In this document: piece after piece, positions 10,146 through 20,054 of the stretch | Position numbering within the stretch: the stretch's first letter is position 1 | Layout of the letters: each line of letters opens with the position of its first letter | Assembly (NCBI GenBank): GCA_963805625.1 | Contig: CAWDVE010000010.1 | Coordinates: forward strand, 1,760,001 to 1,824,000 | Reading direction: 5' to 3' | DNA from: an uncultured Candidatus Rokubacteria bacterium | GTDB lineage: Bacteria; Methylomirabilota; Methylomirabilia; Rokubacteriales; DASRDR01 | DNA: 64,000 nucleotides | The notes under the pieces: model-generated | Databases searched by the model: none | What the model saw: the letters and a program-made list of their open reading frames with translations, nothing else | What the model was told of the DNA's origin: nothing | Program-made: the position numbers and the translations under genes

Positions 10146-10976
10146 TTAGATCGTGATCGTCCGGAACCGAAGGATGATGACGGCGAGGATGACGATGGTG
10201 AGACTGCCGAGGACCGGGTTCCCGTAGGAGCTGACCAGCACCTGCGCCCCGCCCAGGACCAACGCGGCGAGCGCGAGGTTGCCGAGCGACACCCCCGCCA
10301 CCAGGACGAGCATGAAGGCGTTGATGAGCCAGGGGACGCCGAGGTTGGGATGCACACTCACGAGTGGGGTGAGGAGCGCGCCGGCCAGGCTCGCCACGCC
10401 CGCGCCGAGGCAGAAGGTGACGAACCGGACGAGCCGCGTGTTGATGCCGAGCGCCTGCGCCAACTCCTCGTTCATGATCACCGCCTGGGCGACGACCCCG
10501 ATCTGCGTTCGTTGCATCACGAGCCAGACGAGGACGCCGAGGGCCACCGCGATCAGGAGAAGGACGAGCCGGTACTGGGAGTAGGTCACGCCGGCCACGC
10601 TGATCGGCTGCGCGATCGCGCTCTCGGCGAACCGGATCTCGCGCCCGAAGTAGAGCGTGAGGATCTGCACGACGATGATGTTGAGGCCCCAGGTGGCAAG
10701 GATCGTATCGAGCGGCCGCGCGTAGAGCGGGCGCAGGATCCGCCACTCGATCAGCGCCGCGACCGCCACCCCCATGACCGCCGCCAGGAGCAGCGCCGTC
10801 CAGGGGTTCCAGCCGGCCCAGGTCGTGAGGACCCCCGCATAGGCGCCCATGGCGAGGAACGCCCCGTGGGCGAGGTTGATGATCTTGAGGACCCCGTAGA
10901 CGACGAGGAGGCCGACCGCCACGATGTACAGCACGCCAGCCGTCGTGACGACGTCGAGCAGCTGCGTGGTGTACAT
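10146..10976 (-). CDS. Branched-chain/urea-type ABC permease (LivH/UrtB-like)
   Basis: GVLKIINLAHGAF motif; hydrophobic. Confidence 0.88.
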   Translation of the reverse strand: MYTTQLLDVVTTAGVLYIVAVGLLVVYGVLKIINLAHGAFLAMGAYAGVLTTWAGWNPWTALLLAAVMGVAVAALIEWRILRPLYARPLDTILATWGLNIIVVQILTLYFGREIRFAESAIAQPISVAGVTYSQYRLVLLLIAVALGVLVWLVMQRTQIGVVAQAVIMNEELAQALGINTRLVRFVTFCLGAGVASLAGALLTPLVSVHPNLGVPWLINAFMLVLVAGVSLGNLALAALVLGGAQVLVSSYGNPVLGSLTIVILAVIILRFRTITI

Positions 10977-11017
10977 GGCGATCGGCCTCCCCCGGGGTCA
11001 GCTCTTTCCGTTTCCGT

Positions 11018-12193
11018 TTACTTGAGGTTCGGGCACTGGTTGCCCGGACCGACGAGCCCGAAGCTCTTGATGATCTTGGTCTTCCCGTCCGCCTGCACCT
11101 GGGCGAGGTAGACCGGCAGCGGCGCGTGGTGCTGCTTGTTCATCTGCACCGCTCCCCGCGGCCCCTTGAAGACGATCGTCGGCAGCACCGCCGCTACCTT
11201 GTCCGCGTCGGTGCTCGTCGCCTTCTCGACTGCCATGGCGTACGCGTGGATGCCGTCGTACTCCGGCTCGGAGAGCGAGTTCGGCGTCTTGAGATTGGCC
11301 CCGAACTTCTTCTTCATCGCCTCGAGGAAGGTCTTGTTCTCGGCGTTGTCGATACCGGTGAAGTAGTCGCCGGTATAGTAGACCCCCTCGGCCGCGTTGC
11401 CTCCCTGCTCGGCCGTCAGCTCGTCGATCGAGAGGCTCCCGACCGGCATCGTCAAGCCGGCCGCCTTGAACTGCTTCATGAAGTCGATGTTCGGCCCGCC
11501 GCCCGAGGTGGCGTACATGATGCCGTCCGGGTTGGCGGCGCGGATCTTGCTGATAATCGCCGTCCAGTCGGACTGCTGGAGCGGCTGGTACTCCTCGCCG
11601 AGGATCGTGCCGCCCAGTTCCTTGATCGTCTTCTTGGCCGGCTCGATCAACCCGCGCCCGAAGGCGTAGTCGCTGCCGAGCACGAACCACTTCTTGACTT
11701 TCTTCTCGTCGGTCATGAACTTCACGAGCGGCGACACGATCTGCTCGGGCACCCAGGCGTTGACGTAGAGGTACTTTCCGCAGGCACGCCCCTCGTAGAA
11801 GGAGGTGTAGATGAACAGCGTCTTCGCGCGGTCGGCGATCGGGGCGCCCGCGTTGCGCGCCGCGCTCGTCTCCATGGTGATGATCACGTCGGCCTTGTGC
11901 TGCCGGATCGCCGTGTTGAACGCTTTCGCGGCACCGGCCGGGCCGCTTTCGTCGTCGAGCGGGAGCAGCTTCACCGGCCGCCCCATGATGCCACCCTTGG
12001 CATTCAGCTCCTCGACCGCCAGTTCCGCCGACTGCACGACGGCCGGTGCCACGACGCTGTTTACGCCGGAGAGGCCGACCGGCACGGCGATGACGATTGG
12101 CTGCTTCGCGGCCGACTGCGCCGCGCCACCCGATGGCGTGGCGAGCCCCAGCATCAGTGCCAGGGCCCCGAGTGTTCTCGAACTCTTCCGCAT
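11018..12193 (-). CDS. ABC substrate-binding protein (LivK/UrtA/AmiC family)
   Basis: Signal peptide; ELNAKGGIMGR; YTSFYEG; LGSDYAFG. Confidence 0.9.
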   Translation of the reverse strand: MRKSSRTLGALALMLGLATPSGGAAQSAAKQPIVIAVPVGLSGVNSVVAPAVVQSAELAVEELNAKGGIMGRPVKLLPLDDESGPAGAAKAFNTAIRQHKADVIITMETSAARNAGAPIADRAKTLFIYTSFYEGRACGKYLYVNAWVPEQIVSPLVKFMTDEKKVKKWFVLGSDYAFGRGLIEPAKKTIKELGGTILGEEYQPLQQSDWTAIISKIRAANPDGIMYATSGGGPNIDFMKQFKAAGLTMPVGSLSIDELTAEQGGNAAEGVYYTGDYFTGIDNAENKTFLEAMKKKFGANLKTPNSLSEPEYDGIHAYAMAVEKATSTDADKVAAVLPTIVFKGPRGAVQMNKQHHAPLPVYLAQVQADGKTKIIKSFGLVGPGNQCPNLK

Positions 12194-12213
12194 GGCTGTT
12201 CCCCCTTCCGGTT

Positions 12214-12909
12214 CTAGATGACCAGGTGTCGTTCGACGTGCTCCCGCGCGCCGGCATCGCTGGCGCGCCCGGTCTCGACGACCGTCCCCCCCTTTAGGAC
12301 GGCATAGCGGTCCGCCAGCGCCAGCGCGAACCCGACGTTTTGCTCCACGAGCACGATCGTGAGGCCGTGCGCCCGCCGCTCCTCCGCCAGGACCTCTGTG
12401 AGCCTCGTGATCATGGCGGGTTGGAGCCCTTCGCTAATCTCGTCCACGAGGACCAGACGCGGACGGGTGAGGAGCGCCCGTCCGATGAGGAGCATCTTCT
12501 GCTCCCCCCCCGAGAGCGTCCCCGCGCGCTGTTGCTGCCGCGCCTTCAACACCGGGAACCAGCGCGCGATCGTCTCGAGCCGCGCGTCGAAACTGGCCCC
12601 GTCTCGCAGCGCGAGGCGCAGGTTCTCCTCCACGGTCAGGTCCTGGAAGATCGACTTCTCCTGGGGGACGTAGCTCACCCCGAGGCGCGTGATGCGGTAG
12701 GGCGGCCATCCGGTGACGTCCTGCCCGAGAAGCTCCACGCGGCCTTTCTTGGCCGGCAGGAGCCCCATGATCGTCTTGAGGAGCGTCGTCTTCCCCATCC
12801 CGTTCTTCCCGAGGATGGCGAAGATCTCGCCGCGCGGGACGTCGAGGGCGACGCCGTGGAGAACCGGTGACTCGCCGTAGCCCCCCTCGAGGGCCTGGAT
12901 GGTGATCAT
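12214..12909 (-). CDS. ABC ATPase (LivF/UrtE-like)
   Basis: GKNGMGKTT, LSGGEQKML, VDEISEGLQP; ATGA overlap with the upstream gene. Confidence 0.9.
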   Translation of the reverse strand: MITIQALEGGYGESPVLHGVALDVPRGEIFAILGKNGMGKTTLLKTIMGLLPAKKGRVELLGQDVTGWPPYRITRLGVSYVPQEKSIFQDLTVEENLRLALRDGASFDARLETIARWFPVLKARQQQRAGTLSGGEQKMLLIGRALLTRPRLVLVDEISEGLQPAMITRLTEVLAEERRAHGLTIVLVEQNVGFALALADRYAVLKGGTVVETGRASDAGAREHVERHLVI

Positions 12910-14711
12910 GGCTTGCCGCCGATGTAGATCGTCCGGACCAGCTCCGAGTCGGCCACCTCCGCGAGCGGGCCATCGAGGAGGATCTTCCCCTGGTGGAGCA
13001 CCACGAGCCGCGTGCTGATCTCGCGGACGAAGTCGAGGTCGTGCTCGATGAGGAGCAGGCAGAGCCGGTGGCTCCGGGCCAGCTCCCGCAGCACGCTGCC
13101 GATCGCCGCCCGCTCGTCGCGCGTGAGCCCCGCCGTCGGCTCGTCGAGGAGGAGCACCGTCGGCTCGAGCGCGAGCACCATCGCAAGCTCCAGGGCCTGC
13201 TTCGCCCCGTGCGAGAGGTGGCCGGCCGGCTCGTTCAGGAGCGGCAGGAGCCCCGAGACCTCGACCGCGTGGAGGGCCGGCTCCGGCAGCGCCAGCGTCC
13301 GGGAGCGCCGCCAGGGCGACGCTGGCGTCCGGTAGGCGCGCGCCACGCGCAGGCAGTCGAGGACTGTCAGGGCGTCGAAGACGTTCGGCGTCTGGAACTT
13401 CCGGCTCACGCCCAGCGCCACGCACTCTTGCGGCGGCAGGCCGTCGATCCGGCGGCCGCCCACCCGCACCTCGCCGCTCGACTGCTCGCGGCCGTCCGCG
13501 ATGCAGCGGAGGAGTGTGGTCTTGCCGGCGCCGTTCGGCCCGACGATCCCCACGACCTCGCCCCGTCTCGCCTCGAGGTTCACCCTCTCGAGCACCTGCA
13601 GGCTCCCGAACCGCTTCGACACGCCACGCAACTCGAGGACCGGCCCGTCCTCGCTCGCGGTGGGGGCCGCGCCGTTCGCTCTGGGAAGGGCGCGCAGCGA
13701 GGCGGTGTGCGCCGCCGGGCGCGCGAGAACCGGCCTCCGCGTCTGCGCGAGCGCACGGACCAGCCGCGACACGCCAGTGACGAGCGCCGGCACGACCCCT
13801 TGTGGGAGGTAGACGACGACCAGCACGAAAGCGACGCCGACGAAGAGGAGCCAGACGAAAGGGAGGTTGCCGCCGAGGACCGCCGAGACGTAGTTGATGC
13901 CGATCGTGCCGAGGATCGGGCCGCCCAGCGTCCCGCGGCCGCCTAGCGCCGTCCAGACGACCATCTCCGTCCCGAAGGTGAAGTCGCCGTAGTTGTGAGC
14001 CGCGACCGTCCCGAAGAGCACGTAGAAGGCGCCGGCCAGCGCCGCCACCGCGCTGCAGACCGCCATCAGGCCGATCTTCAGGCGCGAGGTCCGGAGCCCC
14101 AGGTACCGGCAGCGCTCCTCGTTCTCGCGGATCGCGACCAGCATCCGCCCCGCGTCGCTCGTGACAAGCACGTAGGCGCCGACCGCCACGAGGAGGAGGA
14201 GCCCTCCCGAGATCCAGAACCACTCTTCGCCCGAGAGGAACGGCGCTGGGATCGGCAGCCCGCTGCTCGACCCCGTGTATGCGCCGCCGGAGAGGATGAT
14301 CTGCGTGAAGACCACCGGGAGCGCCAGCGTCACGATCGCCGCGTAGATCGGCGACGCGCGGTCGAAGAAGGCGAGCCACCCGACCCCTGCGCCCACCAGC
14401 GCCGCCGCCGCCATCGCCACGACGATCGCCCCCGCCGTCGCGAGCAGCCCCTCGACGTAGTAGGCGAGCGCGAGGGCCACCGTGTAGACGCCGATGCCGA
14501 AGAACGCCGACTGGCCGAACGTCAGGACGCCCGTATAGCCCCAGAGAAGGTCGACCGTGATCGCCGCGATCGCGAAGAAGAACGCCTGGGCGAGGATCTG
14601 CTGCGCGTAATCATCGAGAACAAACGGGCTCGCGGCCAGGGCCGCGGCCAGGAGCGTTGTAACGGTGAGTATGCCTTGCCACCGAGCGGCCATCCAAGTG
14701 TCCACTGGCAC
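12906..14711 (-). CDS. Fused ABC permease + ATPase (LivM-LivG / UrtC-UrtD-like)
   Basis: LWGYTGVLTFGQ permease followed by GPNGAGKTT, LSHG and LLLDEPTAG. Confidence 0.88.
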   Translation of the reverse strand: MPVDTWMAARWQGILTVTTLLAAALAASPFVLDDYAQQILAQAFFFAIAAITVDLLWGYTGVLTFGQSAFFGIGVYTVALALAYYVEGLLATAGAIVVAMAAAALVGAGVGWLAFFDRASPIYAAIVTLALPVVFTQIILSGGAYTGSSSGLPIPAPFLSGEEWFWISGGLLLLVAVGAYVLVTSDAGRMLVAIRENEERCRYLGLRTSRLKIGLMAVCSAVAALAGAFYVLFGTVAAHNYGDFTFGTEMVVWTALGGRGTLGGPILGTIGINYVSAVLGGNLPFVWLLFVGVAFVLVVVYLPQGVVPALVTGVSRLVRALAQTRRPVLARPAAHTASLRALPRANGAAPTASEDGPVLELRGVSKRFGSLQVLERVNLEARRGEVVGIVGPNGAGKTTLLRCIADGREQSSGEVRVGGRRIDGLPPQECVALGVSRKFQTPNVFDALTVLDCLRVARAYRTPASPWRRSRTLALPEPALHAVEVSGLLPLLNEPAGHLSHGAKQALELAMVLALEPTVLLLDEPTAGLTRDERAAIGSVLRELARSHRLCLLLIEHDLDFVREISTRLVVLHQGKILLDGPLAEVADSELVRTIYIGGKP

Positions 14712-14749
14712 TATAACTCGGTTTCGCGCGACAATGCGGAACGGCGGGG

Positions 14750-15640
14750 GTGTCTATGAGCGATCGAAAGGGACGCGACGAGGCGGTCGTGAAGATCGCC
14801 TGTGTCCAGATGGCGCCGGTCGTCGGCGAGAAGGAGCGGAACGTCCGTCGGAGCGTCGAGCGGATCGAGGAGGCCGCCGGCGCGGGCGCCGGTCTGATCG
14901 TGCTGCCCGAGCTGTGCAATTCGGGATACGTGTTCGACTCCCGCGAGGAGGCCTTCGCGCTAGCCGAGGAGATCCCGGACGGCCCCACCTGCCAGGCCTG
15001 GATCGAGGTCGCCCGCAAGCACGGTCTCCACCTAGTCGCCGGCATCGCCGAGCGGTACGGGCAGGTCCTCTACAACGCCGCCGTCGTCATCGGGCCATCA
15101 GGCTTCGTCGGGAAGTTCCGGAAGAACCACCTCTGGAACGAGGAGAACCTCTTCTTCGAGCCGGGCAACCTCGGCTTCCCCGTCTTCAAGACGCCAGTAG
15201 GTCGTATCGGGACCTTCATCTGCTACGACGGCTGGTTCCCCGAGAGCTATCGGCTCTGCGCCCTGCAGGGCGCCGATATCGTCTGCATCCCCACCAACTG
15301 GGTACCCATCCCGGGGCAGGCGAAGAACCGAGAGGCGATGGCCAACATCCTCGTCATGGCCGCCGCCCACGCCAACTCCGTCTTCGTCGCCGCCGCCGAC
15401 CGGGTCGGCACCGAGCGGGGGCAGCCCTTCATCGGCCAGAGCCTCATCGCGTCGTATACCGGCTGGCCCATCGCCGGCCCCGCCAGCCCCGACACGGAGG
15501 AAATCCTCTACGCCGAGGCCAACCTCGCCGACGCCCGCCGCAAGCGCAACTGGACCGAGTACAACCAGGTGCTCCGCGACCGCCGCACCGACGTCTACGA
15601 TGAGATGCTCGGCGCCAAAACAACCAGGGGGTGGTACTGA
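14750..15640 (+). CDS. Nitrilase-superfamily carbon-nitrogen hydrolase
   Basis: E-K-C triad: LPEL, FRKNHLW, ICYDGWFPE. Confidence 0.9.
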   Translation: MSMSDRKGRDEAVVKIACVQMAPVVGEKERNVRRSVERIEEAAGAGAGLIVLPELCNSGYVFDSREEAFALAEEIPDGPTCQAWIEVARKHGLHLVAGIAERYGQVLYNAAVVIGPSGFVGKFRKNHLWNEENLFFEPGNLGFPVFKTPVGRIGTFICYDGWFPESYRLCALQGADIVCIPTNWVPIPGQAKNREAMANILVMAAAHANSVFVAAADRVGTERGQPFIGQSLIASYTGWPIAGPASPDTEEILYAEANLADARRKRNWTEYNQVLRDRRTDVYDEMLGAKTTRGWY

Positions 15641-15825
15641 TGACGTTGCCGCCGCTCAAACACGTGGCCGAACTGGCCGGCTACCCGCTGCCAGAAGCGG
15701 ATCTCAAGCAGGTCGCGTCGATCCTCGAGGGGATGATGGAGGACATCCAGAAGCTCCGTGATCTGGACTTGCCCGACGACGTCGAGCCGATCCTCACCTT
15801 TCAGGTCGACCCCTGGAAGGCGTGA
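15640..15825 (+). CDS. Small GatC/AtzG-like amidase partner protein
   Basis: About 61 aa, VAELAGYPL...DLDLPDDVEPILTF, directly upstream of the amidase. Confidence 0.6.
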   Translation: MTLPPLKHVAELAGYPLPEADLKQVASILEGMMEDIQKLRDLDLPDDVEPILTFQVDPWKA

Positions 15826-15826
15826 G

Positions 15827-17245
15827 ATGAGCGCTGCCGAGTGGCCCTGGCGATCTCTGGCCGCCGCCGCGAGCGCCGTCGAGTCGCGCGCCGTCTCGCC
15901 TGTTGAGCTGACCCAGGCCTGTCTCGACCGGATCGAGAAGGTCGACCGTGCCGTGCACGCCTTCGTCTCCGTCGATGCCGAGGGGGCGCTCGAGGCCGCC
16001 CGGGTCGCCGAGCGTGAAATATTGGCCGGCCGCTACCGAGGCCCCCTGCACGGCATCCCCATCGGCATCAAGGACAACTACGACACCGTCGGCGTCCCCA
16101 CCCGCAACGGCTCCCAGGTCTTCGTCGACCGGATGCCGTCGTCGGACTCGACGGCCTGGGCGCTCTTGCGCGACGCCGGCGCCGTGCTCCTCGGCAAGAC
16201 CGTGATGAGCGAGGCCGCCTGGGGCGTCGACTTCCCGCCTGTGCGGAACCCTTGGGACGTGCGGCGCAACCCCGGCCTGTCGTCCGGCGGCTCCGGAGCC
16301 GCCGTGGCCGCCGGGATGTGCTTCATGGCCATGGGGTCGGATACCGGCGGGTCCATCCGGATCCCCGCTGGGCTCTCGGGCGTCGTCGGGTTGAAGGCCA
16401 CCTACGGCCGCGTCTCGAAGGCCGGCGTGATGCCCCACACCTGGTCTCTGGACAGCGCCGGGCCGTTGACCCGGCGGGTCGAGGACGCCGCGTTGACGCT
16501 CCGGGTGATCGCCGGCTTCGACCCGCGCGATCCCGACTCGGCCAACATGCCCGTCGGCGACTACCTCGCCTCGTTGAAGAAGGGCATCCGCGGCCTGCGC
16601 GTCGGCGTGCCGCGCGAGCACTTCTGGGACCGGATGGAGTCTCGCGTCGAGCCTGTCGTCCGCCAGGCCCTACGCGATCTCGAGGGGGCCGGCGCGCGGG
16701 TGGAGGAGGGCTCCATCCCCCACATGGCCGGCGCCCTCGGCGCCATCCTCGTGACCGAGATGGCGTCGGTCACCGCCTGGCACGACACGTATCTGCGGCA
16801 GCCCGACCGGCGTGCCCGGTACACCCCAGAGGTGCGCGCCCTCATGGACGCCGGGAAGTTCATCTTCGCCACTGACTTCCTCAAGGCTCAGCGCCTGCGC
16901 CGGGTGCTGACTGATGAGGTGCGCGCCGCCTTCGCCGGCGTCGACGTCCTTGCGACGCCGACATTGCCCTTGTGCGGCTGGGAGGTTTCGCAGAGCCACG
17001 TCGAGATCGCCGGCCAGCCCGAGCACGTGCTCCACGCTTGCTGGCGTTACACGCACCCCTGGAACCTGACCGGGCTGCCCGCGCTGTCCGTGCCGTGCGG
17101 GTTCGCGGACGGGCTCCCCGTCGGCCTGCAGCTCGTCGGCAAGCCATTCGACGAGGCGACCATCTTACGGGTGGGGCAGGCGTATCAGCAGACCACCCGC
17201 TGGCACGAGCAGCATCCGGCCGACCCCGCGCCGGGCGCGGCCTGA
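15827..17245 (+). CDS. Amidase-signature enzyme (GatA/AtzE-like)
   Basis: IKDN, PGLSSGGS and GSDTGGSIRIPA (Lys-Ser-Ser triad). Confidence 0.9.
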   Translation: MSAAEWPWRSLAAAASAVESRAVSPVELTQACLDRIEKVDRAVHAFVSVDAEGALEAARVAEREILAGRYRGPLHGIPIGIKDNYDTVGVPTRNGSQVFVDRMPSSDSTAWALLRDAGAVLLGKTVMSEAAWGVDFPPVRNPWDVRRNPGLSSGGSGAAVAAGMCFMAMGSDTGGSIRIPAGLSGVVGLKATYGRVSKAGVMPHTWSLDSAGPLTRRVEDAALTLRVIAGFDPRDPDSANMPVGDYLASLKKGIRGLRVGVPREHFWDRMESRVEPVVRQALRDLEGAGARVEEGSIPHMAGALGAILVTEMASVTAWHDTYLRQPDRRARYTPEVRALMDAGKFIFATDFLKAQRLRRVLTDEVRAAFAGVDVLATPTLPLCGWEVSQSHVEIAGQPEHVLHACWRYTHPWNLTGLPALSVPCGFADGLPVGLQLVGKPFDEATILRVGQAYQQTTRWHEQHPADPAPGAA

Positions 17246-17265
17246 TTGTTGTTCGAGGAGTCGCA

Positions 17266-17985
17266 ATGTCCGACTGGAAGCTGGACCGGAAGAGCGCGTA
17301 CGTCCCCGACGTCATCCCCGACAGCGACCTCGCCATGTATCGCAAGGCGGGCTTCGGCCATCCCATCGGCTGGGGCCGCAAGGTCGGCATCGCCGTCGTC
17401 GACATGACCCGCGCCTTCACCGAGGACCGGTTCGCGTTGGGGAGCGCGAAGATGGGGCAGGTGGCGCTACGTGGGATCTCGCTGTTGCTCGCGGTGGCCC
17501 GGCCGGTCGGAGTGCCGATCTTCTTCACCAAGATGGCGCCGTTCAAGAACCGCACGGAGGCCGGCCGCTGGTTCGACTCCTGCCCCGGCATCTTCGGCCG
17601 GGACGACGACCCCGCCGCCCATGAGTCCGTCGAGATCCCGCCCGAGATCGCCCCACGTCCCGACGAGCCCGTGATCGTCAAGGGGAAGCCGAGCGCTTTC
17701 TTCGGGACGCAACTCCACAGCATGCTGACCTACCACAACGTCGACACGCTGATCATTACCGGCATGGTCACCTCCGGCTGCGTCCGGGCGACCGTCGACG
17801 ACGCCTTCTCATACGACTACCGGGTGATCATTCCCGAGGAGTGCGTCGCCGACCGCGCCGAGGTGCCGCACCGGGTGAACCTGTTCGATATGGAGATGAT
17901 CAGTGCGGATGTGATCGAACTGGAGGAAGTGCTGCGGCATCTGCGCGGGCTGAACCGTGCCGTGTACGCGGAGGCCAGGCTGTAG
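17266..17985 (+). CDS. Isochorismatase-family cysteine hydrolase
   Basis: VVDM, KGKPSAFFGT, TSGCVRATVDDAFS; GAGGAG RBS. Confidence 0.88.
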   Translation: MSDWKLDRKSAYVPDVIPDSDLAMYRKAGFGHPIGWGRKVGIAVVDMTRAFTEDRFALGSAKMGQVALRGISLLLAVARPVGVPIFFTKMAPFKNRTEAGRWFDSCPGIFGRDDDPAAHESVEIPPEIAPRPDEPVIVKGKPSAFFGTQLHSMLTYHNVDTLIITGMVTSGCVRATVDDAFSYDYRVIIPEECVADRAEVPHRVNLFDMEMISADVIELEEVLRHLRGLNRAVYAEARL

Positions 17986-18243
17986 TGCCGGTCCTCATTG
18001 CTCATGCTGCGACTGCGCCTTTTGCCCCAGGGCCGACTTTGTCGCCTTCTCCATGTCGGGGCGATTCACCTCGGTCTTCCTGCGCCTTGCGTCTGACACT
18101 CCACACGGAACACGTTGGTCCACGCGGGATGTTGTTCGGAGCCATGGCCCAGGCGCTTGACGAACGACCGCTGCTCTTCCACTGGATGGGTTAAACAGAA
18201 GGGACAGGGGGTCAATCTCGGGCCCGGACGGGAGCCGTGCACG

Positions 18244-18648
18244 TCACGGAATGATGGAGAAGCGTCCGAGCTTGGCGGGGCGATAAACACCGAAGTCCCG
18301 GTGGTCGAGCGTGAACACCTTGTTGACCCCATCGCGCTCCGCCACCGCCACCAGGCTCGCATCTGCGAGGTCCATGGGCAGATCCCGGTACTTCCGCATC
18401 AGCGCCCGCATGCGGGGCGCGTCCGATGCATCGAGTCCAAGGAGGTGCAAGCGCCCGCTCTCGATCAAGCTCCACAACTCGTCTTGCGCCTCCGTGGAGA
18501 ACCCGAGGAGGTACATGGCCTCGGTCACCACCGGCCAGGTTGTGCCCAACGGCGGCCGCAACGCGCGCAACGCCTGGACGCACTCGCGATGGCGCCTATC
18601 GTCCCGGTGGAGGATGGCCACCAGGGGGCCGGCATCAACGAGGATCAT
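18244..18648 (-). CDS. vapC: VapC PIN-domain toxin
   Basis: MILVDAGPL, VVTEAMYLL, MDLADASLV, FTLDHRDF. Confidence 0.88.
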   Translation of the reverse strand: MILVDAGPLVAILHRDDRRHRECVQALRALRPPLGTTWPVVTEAMYLLGFSTEAQDELWSLIESGRLHLLGLDASDAPRMRALMRKYRDLPMDLADASLVAVAERDGVNKVFTLDHRDFGVYRPAKLGRFSIIP

Positions 18649-18905
18649 GCGCGGCGCTTGGACAGGAGGAGTGAACGGAAGTGGTCGCCGGTGCGCTCCG
18701 ATAGATCCGGCGGCCCGCCCTCGGCACACCCGATAGCGTCCTTCCACATCTCGAAGGCCATTGGTCCCTGTCGGGTCTCGGATTCCGCGGCGGCGAGGCG
18801 CTGAATGGCGTCACGGATGACCTGTGATCTGGTCCGCCCCGTGCGGCGCGCCAGGGAGCGGACCGCGCGCTCCGTCTTCGGATCGAGTCTCACACTGATC
18901 GGCAT
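18645..18905 (-). CDS. vapB: VapB ribbon-helix-helix antitoxin
   Basis: ISVRLD...TRSQVIRDAI; overlaps the vapC start. Confidence 0.82.
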   Translation of the reverse strand: MPISVRLDPKTERAVRSLARRTGRTRSQVIRDAIQRLAAAESETRQGPMAFEMWKDAIGCAEGGPPDLSERTGDHFRSLLLSKRRA

Positions 18906-19731
18906 GGCCCCGCCCTCCTGTAGACGTATGACGGTATTGTACTACAGGACAGGCGGGCACCGCCCCGCGGGAGGTCTCAGGCTCGCTCGCTGAGGACCAC
19001 CGAGAGCTGAGCGTCGTTCGCGCCGGTTACTCATCGGGTTCATGTCTTTGGACAGGCCGCCGCTCACCCTCGTCCATCATTGCGGCCGGCGCGCGTTCGG
19101 AGCGGGCGCGGGGGCTGCTCGCCGCACTGTTCTCTGGCGACGATCCAGCGCCTCAGGCTGGGGCGACACAAGACCCGTGAGACTTCCGCGCGACATCCCG
19201 GTGGCGAGTTCGCACGAGCCCCGGGCGATATCGGGTCCCGGGTAACCCGCCAGACCGGGAGCCAACTTCGCCAGACGACCTTTGAATCCAGTGAGCATCA
19301 CGTGACCATCCCACGTCATGACGCCTGTTCGGTCGGTAGGAAGTCCTTCCTCGTTTGCCCCCTCAACGGTATAAGTCCTCGGCAGCAAAGGCGGGAGGCG
19401 GGGACTGAAACTCCCGCTGTTGGGATCCCAACTTTCAAGCCGCACTTCTTCCGGCTGATCCTCGCCCGCGGGCCCAGAGCACAAGCTGAGAGCTCACGGA
19501 GAGAGCGCGCAGGGGGGGCCGTCCGCTAATAGTTGCCGTCGCGCGAGCGCTCCGCCGGTCACCAAACGGTCACCATCCGATGGTGACTTTCTTGGTGACC
19601 CAGTCGACTCCGTGTCCGGGAAGTGCGCGATAAACAAGGACGACGCGCTGGGCCAGAAGAATGAATGCCAGTCTGGAAAAATAGCAATCGCATCGGGGGC
19701 TACGGCGTGCGCCGTAACCCCCGATGACCAT

Positions 19732-19776
19732 TGGAGCGGGCGACCGGAATCGAACCGGCGACGTCCAGCTTGGGAA
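19732..19776 (-). repeat. tRNA-Gly 3' fragment (att core), perfect copy
   Basis: 45/45 identical to 32662-32706. Confidence 0.95.
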
Positions 19777-19781
19777 TTTCC

Positions 19782-20054
19782 TTATGCCTGCCTCACAAAC
19801 TGCCACTTTCTGAGCCGCCGGCGGGCAAACCCTTCCAGTGCGGTGGGCGAGAACACCACGCCGATCGCCGTGGGTTCACCATGGCGATTCAGCTCCGCAT
19901 AGCGCGACACCGTCCCCTTCCCGAGATCCGTCTGCCCTCCCAGGTGTCGGGCTGCTGGCGCGTCAGAGCGCCGGTCGAGTAACGCACACCCGGTCAGGAT
20001 CATCGCCACCAATAGGACAACTGCAAGGGAACCAACCATTCTGTGCCCCTCCAC
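19782..20054 (-). pseudogene. Truncated lipoprotein (N-terminus resembles DUF5602-type proteins)
   Basis: Lipobox LTGC, then LGKGTV...PTAIGVVFSPTALEG, then runs into the att arm. Confidence 0.5.

Larger units (their letters stand above)
7918..19731. mobile_element. Integrase-less cargo segment 2 (amide catabolism, TA modules); possibly two fused elements
   Basis: Bounded by tRNA 3' repeats and conserved arms. Confidence 0.65.

Noticed and set aside
15640-17245. gatCA of Glu-tRNA amidotransferase
   Set aside because: There is no gatB, the small ORF is shorter than GatC, and the context is catabolic cargo.
19000-19500. ORFs next to the type A arm as integrase remnants
   Set aside because: No recognisable R...HxxR...Y tyrosine recombinase motifs by eye; an HMM search is needed to exclude them fully.
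1916-19776. tRNA-like repeats as extra tRNA genes or a CRISPR array
   Set aside because: Each lacks the 5' 30 nt (acceptor 5' strand, D arm, 5' anticodon stem); spacing is kilobases and there are no cas genes.
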